A stretch of DNA of 64,000 bases from an uncultured Desulfosarcina sp. (GCA_963674945.2 CAXXWQ010000004.1:32001-96000); one strand, 5' to 3'. Shown: positions 1 to 10,882, counted from the stretch's first letter. Notes: generated by a model not told the origin, from the sequence alone. Numbers and translations are program-made.

Positions 1-533
1 AAACACCACTACCCCCGCGACGATTTACAGATGAAATCTGTACTCCGTACCCAAGCACAAAAAAAATAGTATCTATTGACAAGAATTGGCAAATATATTT
101 ATTTTGTAAAAAAGCTTTCATATAAAAACAAACAACTGAAATCGCACTCCCCGAATCAGAGGGCCTATGATGATAAGAACGTGCTTTTCAATTCATTGAT
201 TCCTTTAGTAAAATGATCGTAAGCGGTTTGCCCGTCGGCAGTGAATAAAGAGGATGCCTTGTAATTAAGGCACAGATACCTGTCGAAATACCCGGCAGGC
301 ACCCAGATCCAGACCCAAATTGTGTATTTCACCTAATCGATAAAGCGCTGCATCAAGAACAATTGAGGATAAGGAGAGAATAAATGCCAAACTGTATTCA
401 CGATATATACCAAGACCAAATCCTTTCATGTGAAAATAAAAACAGATAAAAATGGTGTCGCCAGAACAGGATGATGGAAAAGAAGAACGTGCTTTGGTGA
501 TCTTTCTGTGAAACGCGAGCGGAACACGTAAAA

Positions 534-1238
534 ATGACAGGATTCAAAACAATCGAGGGCGTTCAAAATACAGTGAAATGGGGAAATTGTTACGGATTTT
601 TGTCCTATGCGCATAGTGTACTGCCAACGAGCGAATTCATTGATGAAATGTCCAATGAGGCCAATTATGGGATATTCTACTCCTTGATTCGTGATGAAAC
701 GGTTTCATCGCAGATCCGTTACGAAATTGAATGCGGATTACAGTCTATAAAGGACTTCAACAAAAGAGATCATCGCAGACAAAATTTCCCGTCAATGAGG
801 ATTCAAACATTGGCTATCGAGCGGTCCCGCCTGTATCATGGGGTGACACCGACCTATGGGCCACTCCCACCGTATGAATCTGTTTACAGAGGACAACCCG
901 TAATGGGAAGTATTGCATTAGAAGTCAAAAGCCTTTATGAGGAATTTGATTACCACTTACCGGGAATTAACATAGAGCCGCCGGACTCGCTTGGTTCCGA
1001 GTTAGGATTCATGAACCATCTTTTTATGGGGAAAGCGAAAGCCATGCGGGAAGGTGATCAAAGGCGAATCATATATTATTTGGATGCAGAAAGCTGTTTT
1101 CTGAGTGAACATTTACTTCTTTGGGCGCCTGCGTTTTGTTCTGAGGTAATATATTGTTCCAATTTAAACCTTTACCAAGGGATATCTAAGCTTACAAAAG
1201 CGATTATCTTAATTCACGCAGAATTGCTTGAGATATGA
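534..1238 (+). CDS. TorD/DmsD-family redox enzyme maturation chaperone
   Basis: Motifs PPYESVY, EPPDSLGSELGFM (E-P-x-D-H-like) and HLLLWAPAF. Confidence 0.8.
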   Translation: MTGFKTIEGVQNTVKWGNCYGFLSYAHSVLPTSEFIDEMSNEANYGIFYSLIRDETVSSQIRYEIECGLQSIKDFNKRDHRRQNFPSMRIQTLAIERSRLYHGVTPTYGPLPPYESVYRGQPVMGSIALEVKSLYEEFDYHLPGINIEPPDSLGSELGFMNHLFMGKAKAMREGDQRRIIYYLDAESCFLSEHLLLWAPAFCSEVIYCSNLNLYQGISKLTKAIILIHAELLEI

Positions 1239-1386
1239 CATATTTTGGATAATGAGATAAGGTGAATGGAGTAGGCGCTGGTGGAAAAAACCGGATTCAA
1301 TAATGACAACCACTTCCGGGATCATTTTCCCTCCTTCAAGTTCAAAGGTCAATTTGTACGCATCTTTCGAACGTGGTTCACAACTC

Positions 1387-1902
1387 TCATCCAGCGGCGT
1401 CATTTTCGTCGGCTGACAAAAGTTTTTCCAGCAGCAGATTGATAATTATCTGCTCCTCTGGATTCAACCTGCCCAAAAAATCACCGATTCTCTTGTGCGT
1501 AATTTCTTTGGCCATTTCATGGAATGCCTTTCCCTCCTCAGTTATCCTTACCCGAACAAGGCGTTTGTCACTGGTATCAGGCAATCGTTCAGCCAGACCA
1601 TTCTTGATCCACCAGTTTACCAGGCGGGTTACGGTCGCTGGTGATACAAAAAGTTCACTTGAGATTTCCCCCATCGTTACACTCGATTTTTGATATATAT
1701 TATTGCAAAATATAAAGAAAGTGACGGGCCCCATGATCTTGCCAGGATTACGACCCTTCAGATGCTTTTTTAGCCTGTTTTCCGCTTCAATGGTATCTTC
1801 GGGTTTGTGAGTAGTTGTTTTAACAACCAATTTTCTGACAAGATGAAGGAACTTCTCGGCCCGTTCAAATTCTGACGAATCCTGCGTGATGTGATTGGCC
1901 AT
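1387..1902 (-). CDS. MarR-family transcriptional regulator
   Basis: wHTH TMGEISSELFVSPATVTRLV and wing DKRLVRVRITEEG; start chosen at ATG 1902 behind GGAG. Confidence 0.85.
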   Translation of the reverse strand: MANHITQDSSEFERAEKFLHLVRKLVVKTTTHKPEDTIEAENRLKKHLKGRNPGKIMGPVTFFIFCNNIYQKSSVTMGEISSELFVSPATVTRLVNWWIKNGLAERLPDTSDKRLVRVRITEEGKAFHEMAKEITHKRIGDFLGRLNPEEQIIINLLLEKLLSADENDAAG

Positions 1903-2089
1903 ACCTACTCCATAGTATTTTCTTGTATGAAAAAATTCACGATCCAATGCGATTGGAAACCTCTACAGGCGCCATATCTCTGTCGGAGTCACGTATCTCC
2001 CCCCCAAGTGGTCCACACTGCTTCTCTTTTGTCTTGAATATTTCGAGTTCGTCACATACATTCCGATCCAGTGATTGTAAATACAGTCT

Positions 2090-2911
2090 TTACCTGTCGA
2101 CCTCGGCGAGAAGGCGTCGGGTGGCGTCCACAGCGGTGGCAAGGTGCTCCGATGGTGTTATCCCTGCCTCGGCTTTCGATACACTGGGAATTTCCAGGCC
2201 TAAAATGACATCACGAGGCAACACAGATAGAATCTCTTTTAAGGGAAACTCCCCCTCTCCCGGTATCAACCGTTCAGAAGTTGCTTCCAAGAGGTAGTTT
2301 GGCATGGCGGGAGCAACTGTGGCATCACACAGGTGGACATAGCCGATCATGTTCGGATCGAGGGCTGCGATATCGGCTGCGGTGCCCCCGCTACGAACCA
2401 GATGCATCATATCGATGAGCAGGCGACAATTAGAACGCCCGACATAGTTTACGGCGGCGACTGCACTGGCAAGGTTGGGAAGTGCTGTTTCGGGGGCGAA
2501 TTCGACGACAGTATCGATGCCGACGGCACCGGCCATATCAACCAGTCTGGCAAGTTGGTCGAAAGCACGCTCTTGGTCGAACTCGAAACTAGCGGTGTTG
2601 ATGTTGGTCACACCGAGTTCTTTGGCAATTTCGAAGTCCTCGGCAAGATTTTCGACATCAGCCCCCGGTCTAAAGATCATGAAGCCGTCAATCAATGAAA
2701 TAGACAGATCTTTCTCCCTCATCGCTGCAATCATTTCTTTCCTGAGGGGGGCGTCTCTGAGCGATGTTTGCGGGTAGTTGTAAACGTTAATGGGGCCCGG
2801 TGAATTCATCCAGACGCTGACGTGGCGGCATCCCAGGTCAGCGACAAGATCGACCAACTGAAGCGGCGGTAACCCAAAGTGGCTGACAGGTTCAATCGCC
2901 ATTCTTTCCAT
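2090..2911 (-). CDS. Sugar-phosphate isomerase/epimerase (xylose-isomerase-like TIM barrel)
   Basis: VVEF, LLIDMMHLVR, YVHLCD, ERLIPGEGEFPL and LEIP metal-site motifs; GGAGG RBS. Confidence 0.85.
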   Translation of the reverse strand: MERMAIEPVSHFGLPPLQLVDLVADLGCRHVSVWMNSPGPINVYNYPQTSLRDAPLRKEMIAAMREKDLSISLIDGFMIFRPGADVENLAEDFEIAKELGVTNINTASFEFDQERAFDQLARLVDMAGAVGIDTVVEFAPETALPNLASAVAAVNYVGRSNCRLLIDMMHLVRSGGTAADIAALDPNMIGYVHLCDATVAPAMPNYLLEATSERLIPGEGEFPLKEILSVLPRDVILGLEIPSVSKAEAGITPSEHLATAVDATRRLLAEVDR

Positions 2912-3005
2912 TAGACGTTGCCTCCTTCAAATGACTCCTTTTGGCGCGTCGGAAGTAAAATACGTTGTCTCGAGAATATTTGGTACAATTGACAAGTCAA
3001 TCCCG

Positions 3006-3734
3006 CTACTTCTTGACTGCAACCGTCAAACCGTCTTCAAATGGGAGAATCAAGATGTCTGCCCGAGAATCTTTGCTAATTTTCTCATTGAACTCATGGG
3101 TGTGCGTTCCAAACATGACCATGGTATCCAGCATCTCTTCCGGCCAGATTCTTGCCAACCTCTCGCGCATTGCATCTTCACCCTTGGCCGCAACCGAACC
3201 TGAAAAGAGGGTATTATCATAGATGAGCATTCCCCCTGGCCGAGCCAGTTTCATCCCCAGTTCCCAATATGTCGGATAACTGGGTTTATCAGCGTCGATA
3301 AATATAAGATCAAATGTCTCGCCATGCCCTTCATCAACCAGGGCCTGCATGGTTTCGGCTGCCAGGCCGATACGCAATTCCATCCTGTCACTGAGTCCGG
3401 CCTTTTCCCAATACGTACGTGCTATCTTGGCATTGTTTTCATCGATTTCCATACCGACAAGCCATCCATCTTCCGGTATCGCCAGCGCCATGATCAGCGC
3501 GCTATATCCGGTGAAAGTCCCCACATCCAACACCCGCTTCGCTTTCGTTGCCTTTACCATAAGCTGCAAAAAGAGCCCTTGCCGGTGTGTCACCTGACAG
3601 ATGGCAAATGGATGATCCAGCGTTTCCTGGCGAAGTTCGGCCAGGATTTCAGGCTCAGAAGTAGAAAAAGAATCAACGTATGCAAGGAGATCCTCATCAA
3701 AGCCCAAGAAATTACGATCCGTACCAAGTTTCAT
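3006..3734 (-). CDS. Class I SAM-dependent O-methyltransferase (caffeoyl-CoA/catechol OMT family)
   Basis: VLDVGTFTGYSAL, FDLIFIDADK, DNTLFSG, DGLTVA; AAGGAG RBS. Confidence 0.9.
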   Translation of the reverse strand: MKLGTDRNFLGFDEDLLAYVDSFSTSEPEILAELRQETLDHPFAICQVTHRQGLFLQLMVKATKAKRVLDVGTFTGYSALIMALAIPEDGWLVGMEIDENNAKIARTYWEKAGLSDRMELRIGLAAETMQALVDEGHGETFDLIFIDADKPSYPTYWELGMKLARPGGMLIYDNTLFSGSVAAKGEDAMRERLARIWPEEMLDTMVMFGTHTHEFNEKISKDSRADILILPFEDGLTVAVKK

Positions 3735-4025
3735 ATCTTATCTCCTTCTTAATCTGAGTATGAAAGATTGCACTTCTTCAAAATGCCAGTCAACAAAACC
3801 ATACGGCTATTTCTTCTTGTTCAATCCTATCAACTCAATCACGTACAACGAGCCCTATATGATGGATTGGTGGCAACAGAAAGCTGCTTTCTTTTTTTAA
3901 CATCTTGAATTCCTCTTTCGATAAGAGATATTACGAATGTTATCAATTCTCCTATGTTGCGTTCGTACTAATGAATATTAGCAGGTATCACTTGATGAAA
4001 ATTCCTCAAATAGCTTATCTCGCTT

Positions 4026-4595
4026 TCAACGGAGCATGTCTTCGTTGTCGTCAAACCAATCCACTGGACCATTTTCAAACCTTAGCGTAAGCTTTTCCAT
4101 AAGCATGTTTAGTAAAACAATCTCTGCAGAAGTGAATTCAGCAAAATAGGACCGGATTCTTCTGATAGCGATTTTTTCGGTGATCTCATGAAATTTCCTG
4201 CCACGGTCGCTCATTCTCACCAGAACGACGCGTTTGTCGTTGGGATCAGATATCCGCTCGGCCAAATCATTATCAACCCACCAGGAGACCAAGCGATTGG
4301 TTGTTGTTGGGGGGAGCAGAAGTTCCTTCGTCAGTTCTCCCATACTGATGGTTTCCCGGTTATAGAGAATTTTCCCTATTGCATAAAAAGAAAGGTCACC
4401 TGCGATACGACCTGGATTACTGTCATTGATAAAATATTCTTCCAACATCCTTTTCGCCCCGGTGCTCTTCTGCGCTCCGGAGTTGGCAAGATGATGAGCC
4501 ACCTTTCTGAAATTACCAAGAAAACGTGCGATCCATTCTGGAGATACTATTTCTTGCAGACTGATAGTCGACATTTTTTCCGTATTTATTTCCAT
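4026..4595 (-). CDS. MarR-family transcriptional regulator (paralog of 1387-1902)
   Basis: SMGELTKELLLPPTTTNRLVSWW and DKRVVLVRMSDRG. Confidence 0.85.
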   Translation of the reverse strand: MEINTEKMSTISLQEIVSPEWIARFLGNFRKVAHHLANSGAQKSTGAKRMLEEYFINDSNPGRIAGDLSFYAIGKILYNRETISMGELTKELLLPPTTTNRLVSWWVDNDLAERISDPNDKRVVLVRMSDRGRKFHEITEKIAIRRIRSYFAEFTSAEIVLLNMLMEKLTLRFENGPVDWFDDNEDMLR

Positions 4596-4914
4596 ATGGT
4601 TATTTATATTTCTTTTGAATGACGATTGTCAACCCATTGGCATCCTTTTGCACAAAAAATCATATATCCATTTATTTCTTTATATTAAGACATTTATTTT
4701 GTTTATAGGCTAAATAGATCAATTTCCATCTCTTTTCGCTTTTGGATAAAATATTTCATACTTCGTTCCGTTCGGATCTATTTATCCATTTTCCGTCTGA
4801 ATTTTTTCCAATCGAAATCTGTTTGATAATTAAATCAAATTGACGTAAAGATGATAAGATGTGTTCTAGATTCCCTTCCTTACTTCTCCTGTTATCTACC
4901 GGATTCGAAGGCCT

Positions 4915-5799
4915 ATGACACGTCAACAAAAGGCATATGCATATGCCTTGGGTGCAGTCTTAATCTGGTCTACCGTGGCTTCCGCATTTAAGATTTCCCT
5001 ACGGCACATGGACCCGATCCAGCTTTTGCTTTGGGCCGACCTCTTTTCCATTTTTTGCCTGTTGGGTGTTTTGGCCGTCCAAAGGAAACTGCCTTTGCTA
5101 AAATCCCTTCCACGTCCCGCTCTCTGGCGGTGTTTGGCACTGGGCGGATTGAACCCCTTTCTTTATTACATCGTGTTATTTGCGGCCTATGACCGCCTGC
5201 CGGCCCAGGAGGCCCAACCCCTCAACTATACTTGGGCGATTACACTGACCGTGTTGTCCTGGCCCCTGCTTGGTCAACGGATCGGCCTTCGGGAAGCCGC
5301 AGCCATCGCAATCAGTTATACCGGCGTCGTAATGATTTCCACTCACGGGGATCCTTTTTCCCTGACTTTTTCCAACGGTCCAGGTGTGGTCCTTGCACTT
5401 GGCAGCACCATCATCTGGGCATTATTCTGGATCTTCAACGCAAAAGACAGTACGGACCCGGCAATCGGCCTGTTCTTGAATTTTTCAGCCGGCTTCCCAT
5501 TGATTCTCGCGGTTTGCCTGTTTTTTTCATCTCCATGGCCAAAAATGTGGCAGGGTTTTGCCGGCGCTGCCTACGTGGGTGTTTTTGAAATGGGCATTAC
5601 CTTCGTTCTATGGCTGAAGGCATTGCGTCTGACTTCCAGCACGGCAAAAATTTCCACGATGATCTTCTTCTCACCTTTTCTTTCCTTATTATTTATTCGT
5701 CTTTTTGTGGGAGAAGAGATACTGCTGTCCACAATGATCGGATTAGGCTTTATCATTGCTGGAAATACGCTCCAGCAAACCGGCAGCAAAACTGGCTGA
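4915..5799 (+). CDS. DMT/EamA-family transporter
   Basis: About 10 hydrophobic segments, two EamA repeats, AQEAQPLNYTW motif. Confidence 0.85.
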   Translation: MTRQQKAYAYALGAVLIWSTVASAFKISLRHMDPIQLLLWADLFSIFCLLGVLAVQRKLPLLKSLPRPALWRCLALGGLNPFLYYIVLFAAYDRLPAQEAQPLNYTWAITLTVLSWPLLGQRIGLREAAAIAISYTGVVMISTHGDPFSLTFSNGPGVVLALGSTIIWALFWIFNAKDSTDPAIGLFLNFSAGFPLILAVCLFFSSPWPKMWQGFAGAAYVGVFEMGITFVLWLKALRLTSSTAKISTMIFFSPFLSLLFIRLFVGEEILLSTMIGLGFIIAGNTLQQTGSKTG

Positions 5800-5970
5800 T
5801 GGGTATCCATCTTTATTTCAAAAACAGTGTCGGGCAGGCTTGTCGTTCTTTATATCCCATTATCAGTGTGTTGAAATTCGGGTTGACGCATGGCGCTGGA
5901 TAGGGGTATCAATAACTTTCATATGCGGTTTTCCCACCCCCACCCCCTCTTTTTTAGAAAGGAGTTCGGA

Positions 5971-7089
5971 ATGAAAAAAAATCTGTTTCTGATTGCGGCA
6001 CTGGTCTTTGTCATTGCAGCACCGAGCCTTGCGGCGGACACCATTAAAATCGGCCTTACGGCTCCCATTACCGGTTCCTGGGCCGCCGAAGGTCAGGATA
6101 TGAAGCAGATCTGTGAGCTGTTGGCGGATCAGGTCAACGCCGATGGCGGCCTTCTGGGTAAAAACGTCGAGGTGGTCGTGGCAGATGACGGCGGTAACGA
6201 ACAAACCGCCGCGCTGGCAGCGCAACGGTTGGTGACCAAAGGAATCGTTGCCGTGGTCGGAACCTACGGATCATCCGTGACCGAGGCTTCCCAGGGCATC
6301 TACAACGCGGCAAAAATTCCCCAGATCGCCAACGGCTCCACGGCGGTTCGCCTGACCGAAAAAGGCCTGAAGTACTTTTTCCGCACCAGCCCCCGTGATG
6401 ACGAACAGGGCCGTGTCGCTGCCAAGACCCTTGTTCGCATGGGCTACAAAAAAATCGCCATTTTGCATGACAACACGACCTACGCCAAGGGTCTGGCCGA
6501 AGAAACAAAGGCAATCTTGGATAAACAGCCGGTCGACATCGTTTTTTTTGACGCGCTGACCCCCAACGAACAGGATTACACCACCATTTTGACCACACTC
6601 AAAACCAAGGATGCAGAAGTGGTTTTCTTTACCGGTTACTACCCTGAAGCCGGCCTGATGCTGCGCCAGAAAAAGGAAATGGGCTATGACGTTCCCTTTA
6701 TCGGCGGCGACGCGACGAACAACCCGGACCTCGTCAAGATTGCCGGAAAGGATGCAGCCGAAGGGTTTTACTTTGTCTCTCCACCGGTTCCACAGGACCT
6801 GCCTGCAAAGGAAGCCAAAGACTTTCTGGCCGCCTACACCAAGAAATACGGCGCTGCTCCCGGATCCATCTGGGCGGTTCTTTCCGGTGACGGTTTCCGC
6901 GTCATGGTGGAGGCCATCAAGCAAACCAAATCCACCGACCCCGATAAAATTGCCGACTACCTGCACAATGACATGAAAGACTTTCCCGGACTCACCGGAC
7001 TCATTTCCTTCGACGGCAAAGGCGACCGGGTCGGCGATGTATACCGGGTTTACAAAGTGGATGCAAAAGGCCGGTTCATCCTCCAGTAG
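5971..7089 (+). CDS. livK: Branched-chain amino acid ABC transporter substrate-binding protein
   Basis: Signal peptide, TIKIGLTAPITG, YFFRTSPRDDEQG, FPGLTGLISFD; AAGGAG RBS before ATG 5971. Confidence 0.9.
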   Translation: MKKNLFLIAALVFVIAAPSLAADTIKIGLTAPITGSWAAEGQDMKQICELLADQVNADGGLLGKNVEVVVADDGGNEQTAALAAQRLVTKGIVAVVGTYGSSVTEASQGIYNAAKIPQIANGSTAVRLTEKGLKYFFRTSPRDDEQGRVAAKTLVRMGYKKIAILHDNTTYAKGLAEETKAILDKQPVDIVFFDALTPNEQDYTTILTTLKTKDAEVVFFTGYYPEAGLMLRQKKEMGYDVPFIGGDATNNPDLVKIAGKDAAEGFYFVSPPVPQDLPAKEAKDFLAAYTKKYGAAPGSIWAVLSGDGFRVMVEAIKQTKSTDPDKIADYLHNDMKDFPGLTGLISFDGKGDRVGDVYRVYKVDAKGRFILQ

Positions 7090-7143
7090 TGCACACTAGC
7101 AGCGTTTATTTTCGACATTACATTCTGATTTTGTTCAGTCCAG

Positions 7144-7170
7144 AAAGCCTGGTCCTCTGGGCCAGGCTTT
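7144..7170 (+). terminator. Hairpin after livK (terminator or mRNA stabiliser)
   Basis: AAAGCCTGG...CCAGGCTTT inverted repeat followed by GTACTTT. Confidence 0.55.
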
Positions 7171-7251
7171 GTACTTTCCCGTACCGCAGAAACCCATCTG
7201 CCCGTTTTTTCTATTTAGGGGCACCGCAAAACCTGTAAAGGCAGATAACCC

Positions 7252-8157
7252 ATGGAACAATTTTTCCAGCAACTGACCAACGGGCTGGCCATTGGAGGCA
7301 TCTACGCCCTCATCGCATTGGGCTATACCCTGGTATATGGGGTATTAAAGCTGATCAATTTTGCCCACGGCGACCTGTTCACCATCGGGGCCTTTCTGGG
7401 CCTTTCCCTTCTGGCATCTTTTTCCCTGACGGACAGACTCGGCTTTGCGCTGGGTGTCGGCACCCTGCTGTTTATCATTGTCTGTCTGGTGGGGCTCGTG
7501 GGCATCCTTTTGGATCAAGTGGCCTATAAACCGCTGCGCACCTCCCCTCGCCTGTCGGCGGTGGTCTCGGCACTTGGTATGTCCATCGTATTTTCCAACG
7601 CGATCATGCTGGTTTTCGGTCCCAACCCCCAGGTGTACCCCCATGGTATCCTGCCCTCGCACGTGCTGAGCATCTTCGGATTGCCCTTTCCGGTAAAACG
7701 GCTGCTTCTTTTGGGCGCATCGGTCATCCTCATGGTTGCGCTGTATGCATTCATCCAAAAGACCACCATTGGCGCTGCGATTCGCGCCGCAGCCATCGAC
7801 CAGGATGCCGCGCGGCTCATGGGTATCAATGTAAACCAGGTGATCATGTTGATTTTCTTCATCGGCCCGGCTTTAGGCGGTGCAGCCGGTGTCATGGTCG
7901 GTCTGTATTACGGTCAGATCAAATGGACCATGGGATGGCTCTATGGCCTTAAAGCCTTTACCGCAGCAATATTGGGAGGCATCGGTAACATCCCGGGTGC
8001 CATGGTCGGCGGGTTATTGCTGGGAGTCATCGAATCTTTGGGCGCGGCCTATATCTCCATGGCCTGGAAGGACGCCATCACTTTCGCGGTACTGATTGCA
8101 ATCCTGATTGTCCGTCCCACGGGCTTGTTGGGGGAAAGGGTGGCGGAGAAGATATGA
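7252..8157 (+). CDS. livH: Branched-chain amino acid ABC transporter permease
   Basis: QQLTNGLAIGGIYALIALGYTLVYG..INFAHG; KAFTAAILGGIG. Confidence 0.92.
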   Translation: MEQFFQQLTNGLAIGGIYALIALGYTLVYGVLKLINFAHGDLFTIGAFLGLSLLASFSLTDRLGFALGVGTLLFIIVCLVGLVGILLDQVAYKPLRTSPRLSAVVSALGMSIVFSNAIMLVFGPNPQVYPHGILPSHVLSIFGLPFPVKRLLLLGASVILMVALYAFIQKTTIGAAIRAAAIDQDAARLMGINVNQVIMLIFFIGPALGGAAGVMVGLYYGQIKWTMGWLYGLKAFTAAILGGIGNIPGAMVGGLLLGVIESLGAAYISMAWKDAITFAVLIAILIVRPTGLLGERVAEKI

Positions 8158-9218
8158 GCAACGCACCACGCTTTTCCAGACGGCAAATTATATATACCCT
8201 GGTAACCCTTGCCTGGATCATCTCTCCCATTTTCCTGGACAACTACCAGACCGACGTTCTGAACACCGTTGGGCTTTACGCCATCCTGGCCTTGTCTCTG
8301 AATGTGATTTTGGGCTATGGGGGCATGTTTCATATGGGGCATGCCGCTTTTTATGCCATCGGCGCTTACACAACGGCCATTTTATCCGTCCAGTTCCATA
8401 TGCCCACCTTGTGGACGATGCCGTTGGCGGGGTTTACGGCAGGATTTTTCGCCCTGGTCGTGGCCCGACCCATTATCCATCTGCGGGGTGATTATTTGTT
8501 GATCGTGACCATCGGCATGGTGGAAATCGTGCGCATCGCGATTATCAATGATGCGGTCTCCAGCGTGGCCAAATGGCTTAACAGCGGTTTTGTTATGGTG
8601 GGAATGCAGGACTGGGCACTGTGCAAGAAAATCACCATGGCCTCAACCGGCGGACCCAATGGTATTTTTGGGGTGGCACCGCCGTCAATCTTCGGTTTTA
8701 CGATCAACGGCATTGTAAACACCACCCACTACTTTTTCCTGATCACCGCTTTTTTGGCCGTTACCATCCTTCTTTTTTATCTGCTGGAACGTTCCCGGTA
8801 CGGTCGTGCCTTACGCTATTTATGCTCTGACGAGATCGCCGCAGAAGGAAGCGGCGTGAATACCGCCGGGTACAAGCTGAGCGCCTTTGTCATCGGTGCA
8901 ATCTGGGCTGGTATGGCCGGGACGCTGTTTGCCGGTAAAATCACCTTTATTTCGCCGAGCAGTTTTACTTTCAGTGAATCGGTAACCCTTTTCATGATCG
9001 TGATTCTGGGCGGCTCCGGTTACATTCCAGGGGTACTTTTGGGGGCTCTCCTTGTTGCCGGTCTTCCTGAAATTTTTCAGGATTTTCAGAAATACCGAAT
9101 GCTTGTATTCGGAATCGTGCTGGTGATAATGATGGTATTAAAACCCCAGGGGATTTTGCCGCCCAAGCCCCCCAAATATCCCATTCATAAAATCGATGAC
9201 GAGGAGGTGACCCTATGA
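8154..9218 (+). CDS. livM: Branched-chain amino acid ABC transporter permease
   Basis: GHAAFYAIGAY, LRGDYLLIVT; ATGA overlap with livH. Confidence 0.92.
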   Translation: MSNAPRFSRRQIIYTLVTLAWIISPIFLDNYQTDVLNTVGLYAILALSLNVILGYGGMFHMGHAAFYAIGAYTTAILSVQFHMPTLWTMPLAGFTAGFFALVVARPIIHLRGDYLLIVTIGMVEIVRIAIINDAVSSVAKWLNSGFVMVGMQDWALCKKITMASTGGPNGIFGVAPPSIFGFTINGIVNTTHYFFLITAFLAVTILLFYLLERSRYGRALRYLCSDEIAAEGSGVNTAGYKLSAFVIGAIWAGMAGTLFAGKITFISPSSFTFSESVTLFMIVILGGSGYIPGVLLGALLVAGLPEIFQDFQKYRMLVFGIVLVIMMVLKPQGILPPKPPKYPIHKIDDEEVTL

Positions 9219-9985
9219 GCCTCCTTGCACTGGATAACGTGACCAAAACATTCGGGGGCCTTACGGCCGTCGACGATGTCTCCTTCCAAGTGCCCCAGGG
9301 GGCCATCTTTGGTTTGATCGGCCCCAATGGTGCGGGCAAGACCACGGTGTTCAACCTCATCACCGGAAATTACAAGCCGGACCAGGGAAGCATTGTTTTT
9401 GATCGACAAAACATTACAGGCAAGATTACCCACAAAATCGTTGCGCTGGGGATCGCCCGGACATTTCAGACCATTCGGCTTTTCCAGAACATGTCTGTGC
9501 TGGAAAATGTACTGGCAGGTTGCCATTGCCGCATGACCGCAGGTCCCATATCCGCGATGTTTCGACTTCCCAAAGCGACACAGGAAGAGAAAAATAAATT
9601 GGGCAAGGCCCTGGCTGAATTGCGTTTCACGGGTCTGGAGGCCCAGGCGGAAAATCTGGCGAAAAATCTTTCCTATGGCAACCAGCGGCTTCTGGAAATC
9701 GCACGGGCCCTGGCCACGGATCCGCAACTGGTTATCCTTGACGAGCCTGCCGGCGGCATGAATGAACAGGAAACGGCAGCCCTCGTGAAATTGATTTTCC
9801 AGATTCAACAGCGCGGCATCACCGTGCTCTTGATCGAACATGACATGAGCCTGGTAATGAAGGCGTGTGAGTATCTCGTGGTCCTGGAATACGGGAAAAA
9901 AATCGCCGAAGGGACTCCGGATGAAGTCAAAAAAGACCCCCAGGTCATTGAAGCCTACCTGGGAAGCGATGAAAACGATTTTTAA
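9215..9985 (+). CDS. livG: Branched-chain amino acid ABC transporter ATPase
   Basis: GPNGAGKTT, IARTFQ, LSYGNQRLLEIARAL, VIEAYLG. Confidence 0.93.
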   Translation: MSLLALDNVTKTFGGLTAVDDVSFQVPQGAIFGLIGPNGAGKTTVFNLITGNYKPDQGSIVFDRQNITGKITHKIVALGIARTFQTIRLFQNMSVLENVLAGCHCRMTAGPISAMFRLPKATQEEKNKLGKALAELRFTGLEAQAENLAKNLSYGNQRLLEIARALATDPQLVILDEPAGGMNEQETAALVKLIFQIQQRGITVLLIEHDMSLVMKACEYLVVLEYGKKIAEGTPDEVKKDPQVIEAYLGSDENDF

Positions 9986-10031
9986 CGACTATGAAAAATT
10001 TGAAACGCAGTTTCGGTTGTAGGGAGCACGC

Positions 10032-10745
10032 ATGCTTTTGGACATTCAAAACCTGCACGTAAAATACGGAAACGTAGAGGCCCTGCACGGCGTCGACATC
10101 CAAGTGGAAGAAGGTGAGATCGTAACCCTGCTCGGTGCCAATGGTGCTGGGAAAACAACCACCCTGAATGCGATTTCCGGATTGGTCAAGGTTTCTCAAG
10201 GAGAAATTCGATTCAATGACGAGGCGCTTACCAAGCTGCCGGCCCATAAAGTGGTAACCCGAAAGATCACCCAGTCGCCCGAAGGGCGCCGTGTTTTCGG
10301 GACCCTGACCGTGCGGGAGAATCTGAATCTGGGCGCATTTACCGCAAAAAATCCGGAGCGGGTGGCAAAAAGCCTGGAGTGGATTTTTTCACTTTTCCCT
10401 CGTCTTGCCGAACGCAGGACGCAGCTGGCCGGCACCCTCTCCGGCGGCGAGCAGCAGATGCTTGCCATCGGCAGGGCGCTCATGTCAAATCCCAAACTCC
10501 TCTTGCTGGACGAGCCAAGCCTGGGCCTTGCACCTGTATTGGTAAACCAGATTTTTAGAACTGTTCGCCAAATCAATCAGGCTGGAGTGACGGTCATGCT
10601 GGTGGAGCAAAACGCCCGCATGGCGCTGAAGCTGGCTCATCGAGGGTACGTCATGGAGGTTGGAAACATCGTCGTGTCCGACACGTCCGATGCATTGTTG
10701 AAAAACCCTGATGTACTCCAAGCCTATTTGGGAGGATCCGAATGA
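10032..10745 (+). CDS. livF: Branched-chain amino acid ABC transporter ATPase
   Basis: GANGAGKTT, PEGRRVF, LSGGEQQMLAIGRAL, LDEPSLGLAP. Confidence 0.93.
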   Translation: MLLDIQNLHVKYGNVEALHGVDIQVEEGEIVTLLGANGAGKTTTLNAISGLVKVSQGEIRFNDEALTKLPAHKVVTRKITQSPEGRRVFGTLTVRENLNLGAFTAKNPERVAKSLEWIFSLFPRLAERRTQLAGTLSGGEQQMLAIGRALMSNPKLLLLDEPSLGLAPVLVNQIFRTVRQINQAGVTVMLVEQNARMALKLAHRGYVMEVGNIVVSDTSDALLKNPDVLQAYLGGSE

Positions 10746-10749
10746 TCTG

Positions 10750-10882
10750 AGAGCCTTGCTTGAAAACTCCGTCTAAGACCCGCTAACGGTGTTGGGAAAC
10801 GTCTCAAAATACTCACATATTAACTTATTTGCCGTCTCCCGCCTTGTTATCGAACCTGGTCCAGACCTTTCAAACAGGCTCT
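10750..10882. repeat. Possible MITE / IS-end-derived element
   Basis: Imperfect terminal inverted repeats AGAGCCTTGCTTGAAA (10750-10765) and TTTCAAACAGGCTCT (10868-10882) between livF and putA. Confidence 0.45.

Noticed and set aside
140..450. Possible Moco riboswitch or leader peptide (384-449) upstream of the TorD-like gene
   Set aside because: Only fragmentary resemblance; the conserved core could not be matched by eye and the 21-aa ORF has no recognisable features
534..1238. TorD-like chaperone as the partner of the molybdoenzyme at 45241-47421
   Set aside because: 44 kb apart with unrelated genes between; its client may lie upstream of the window
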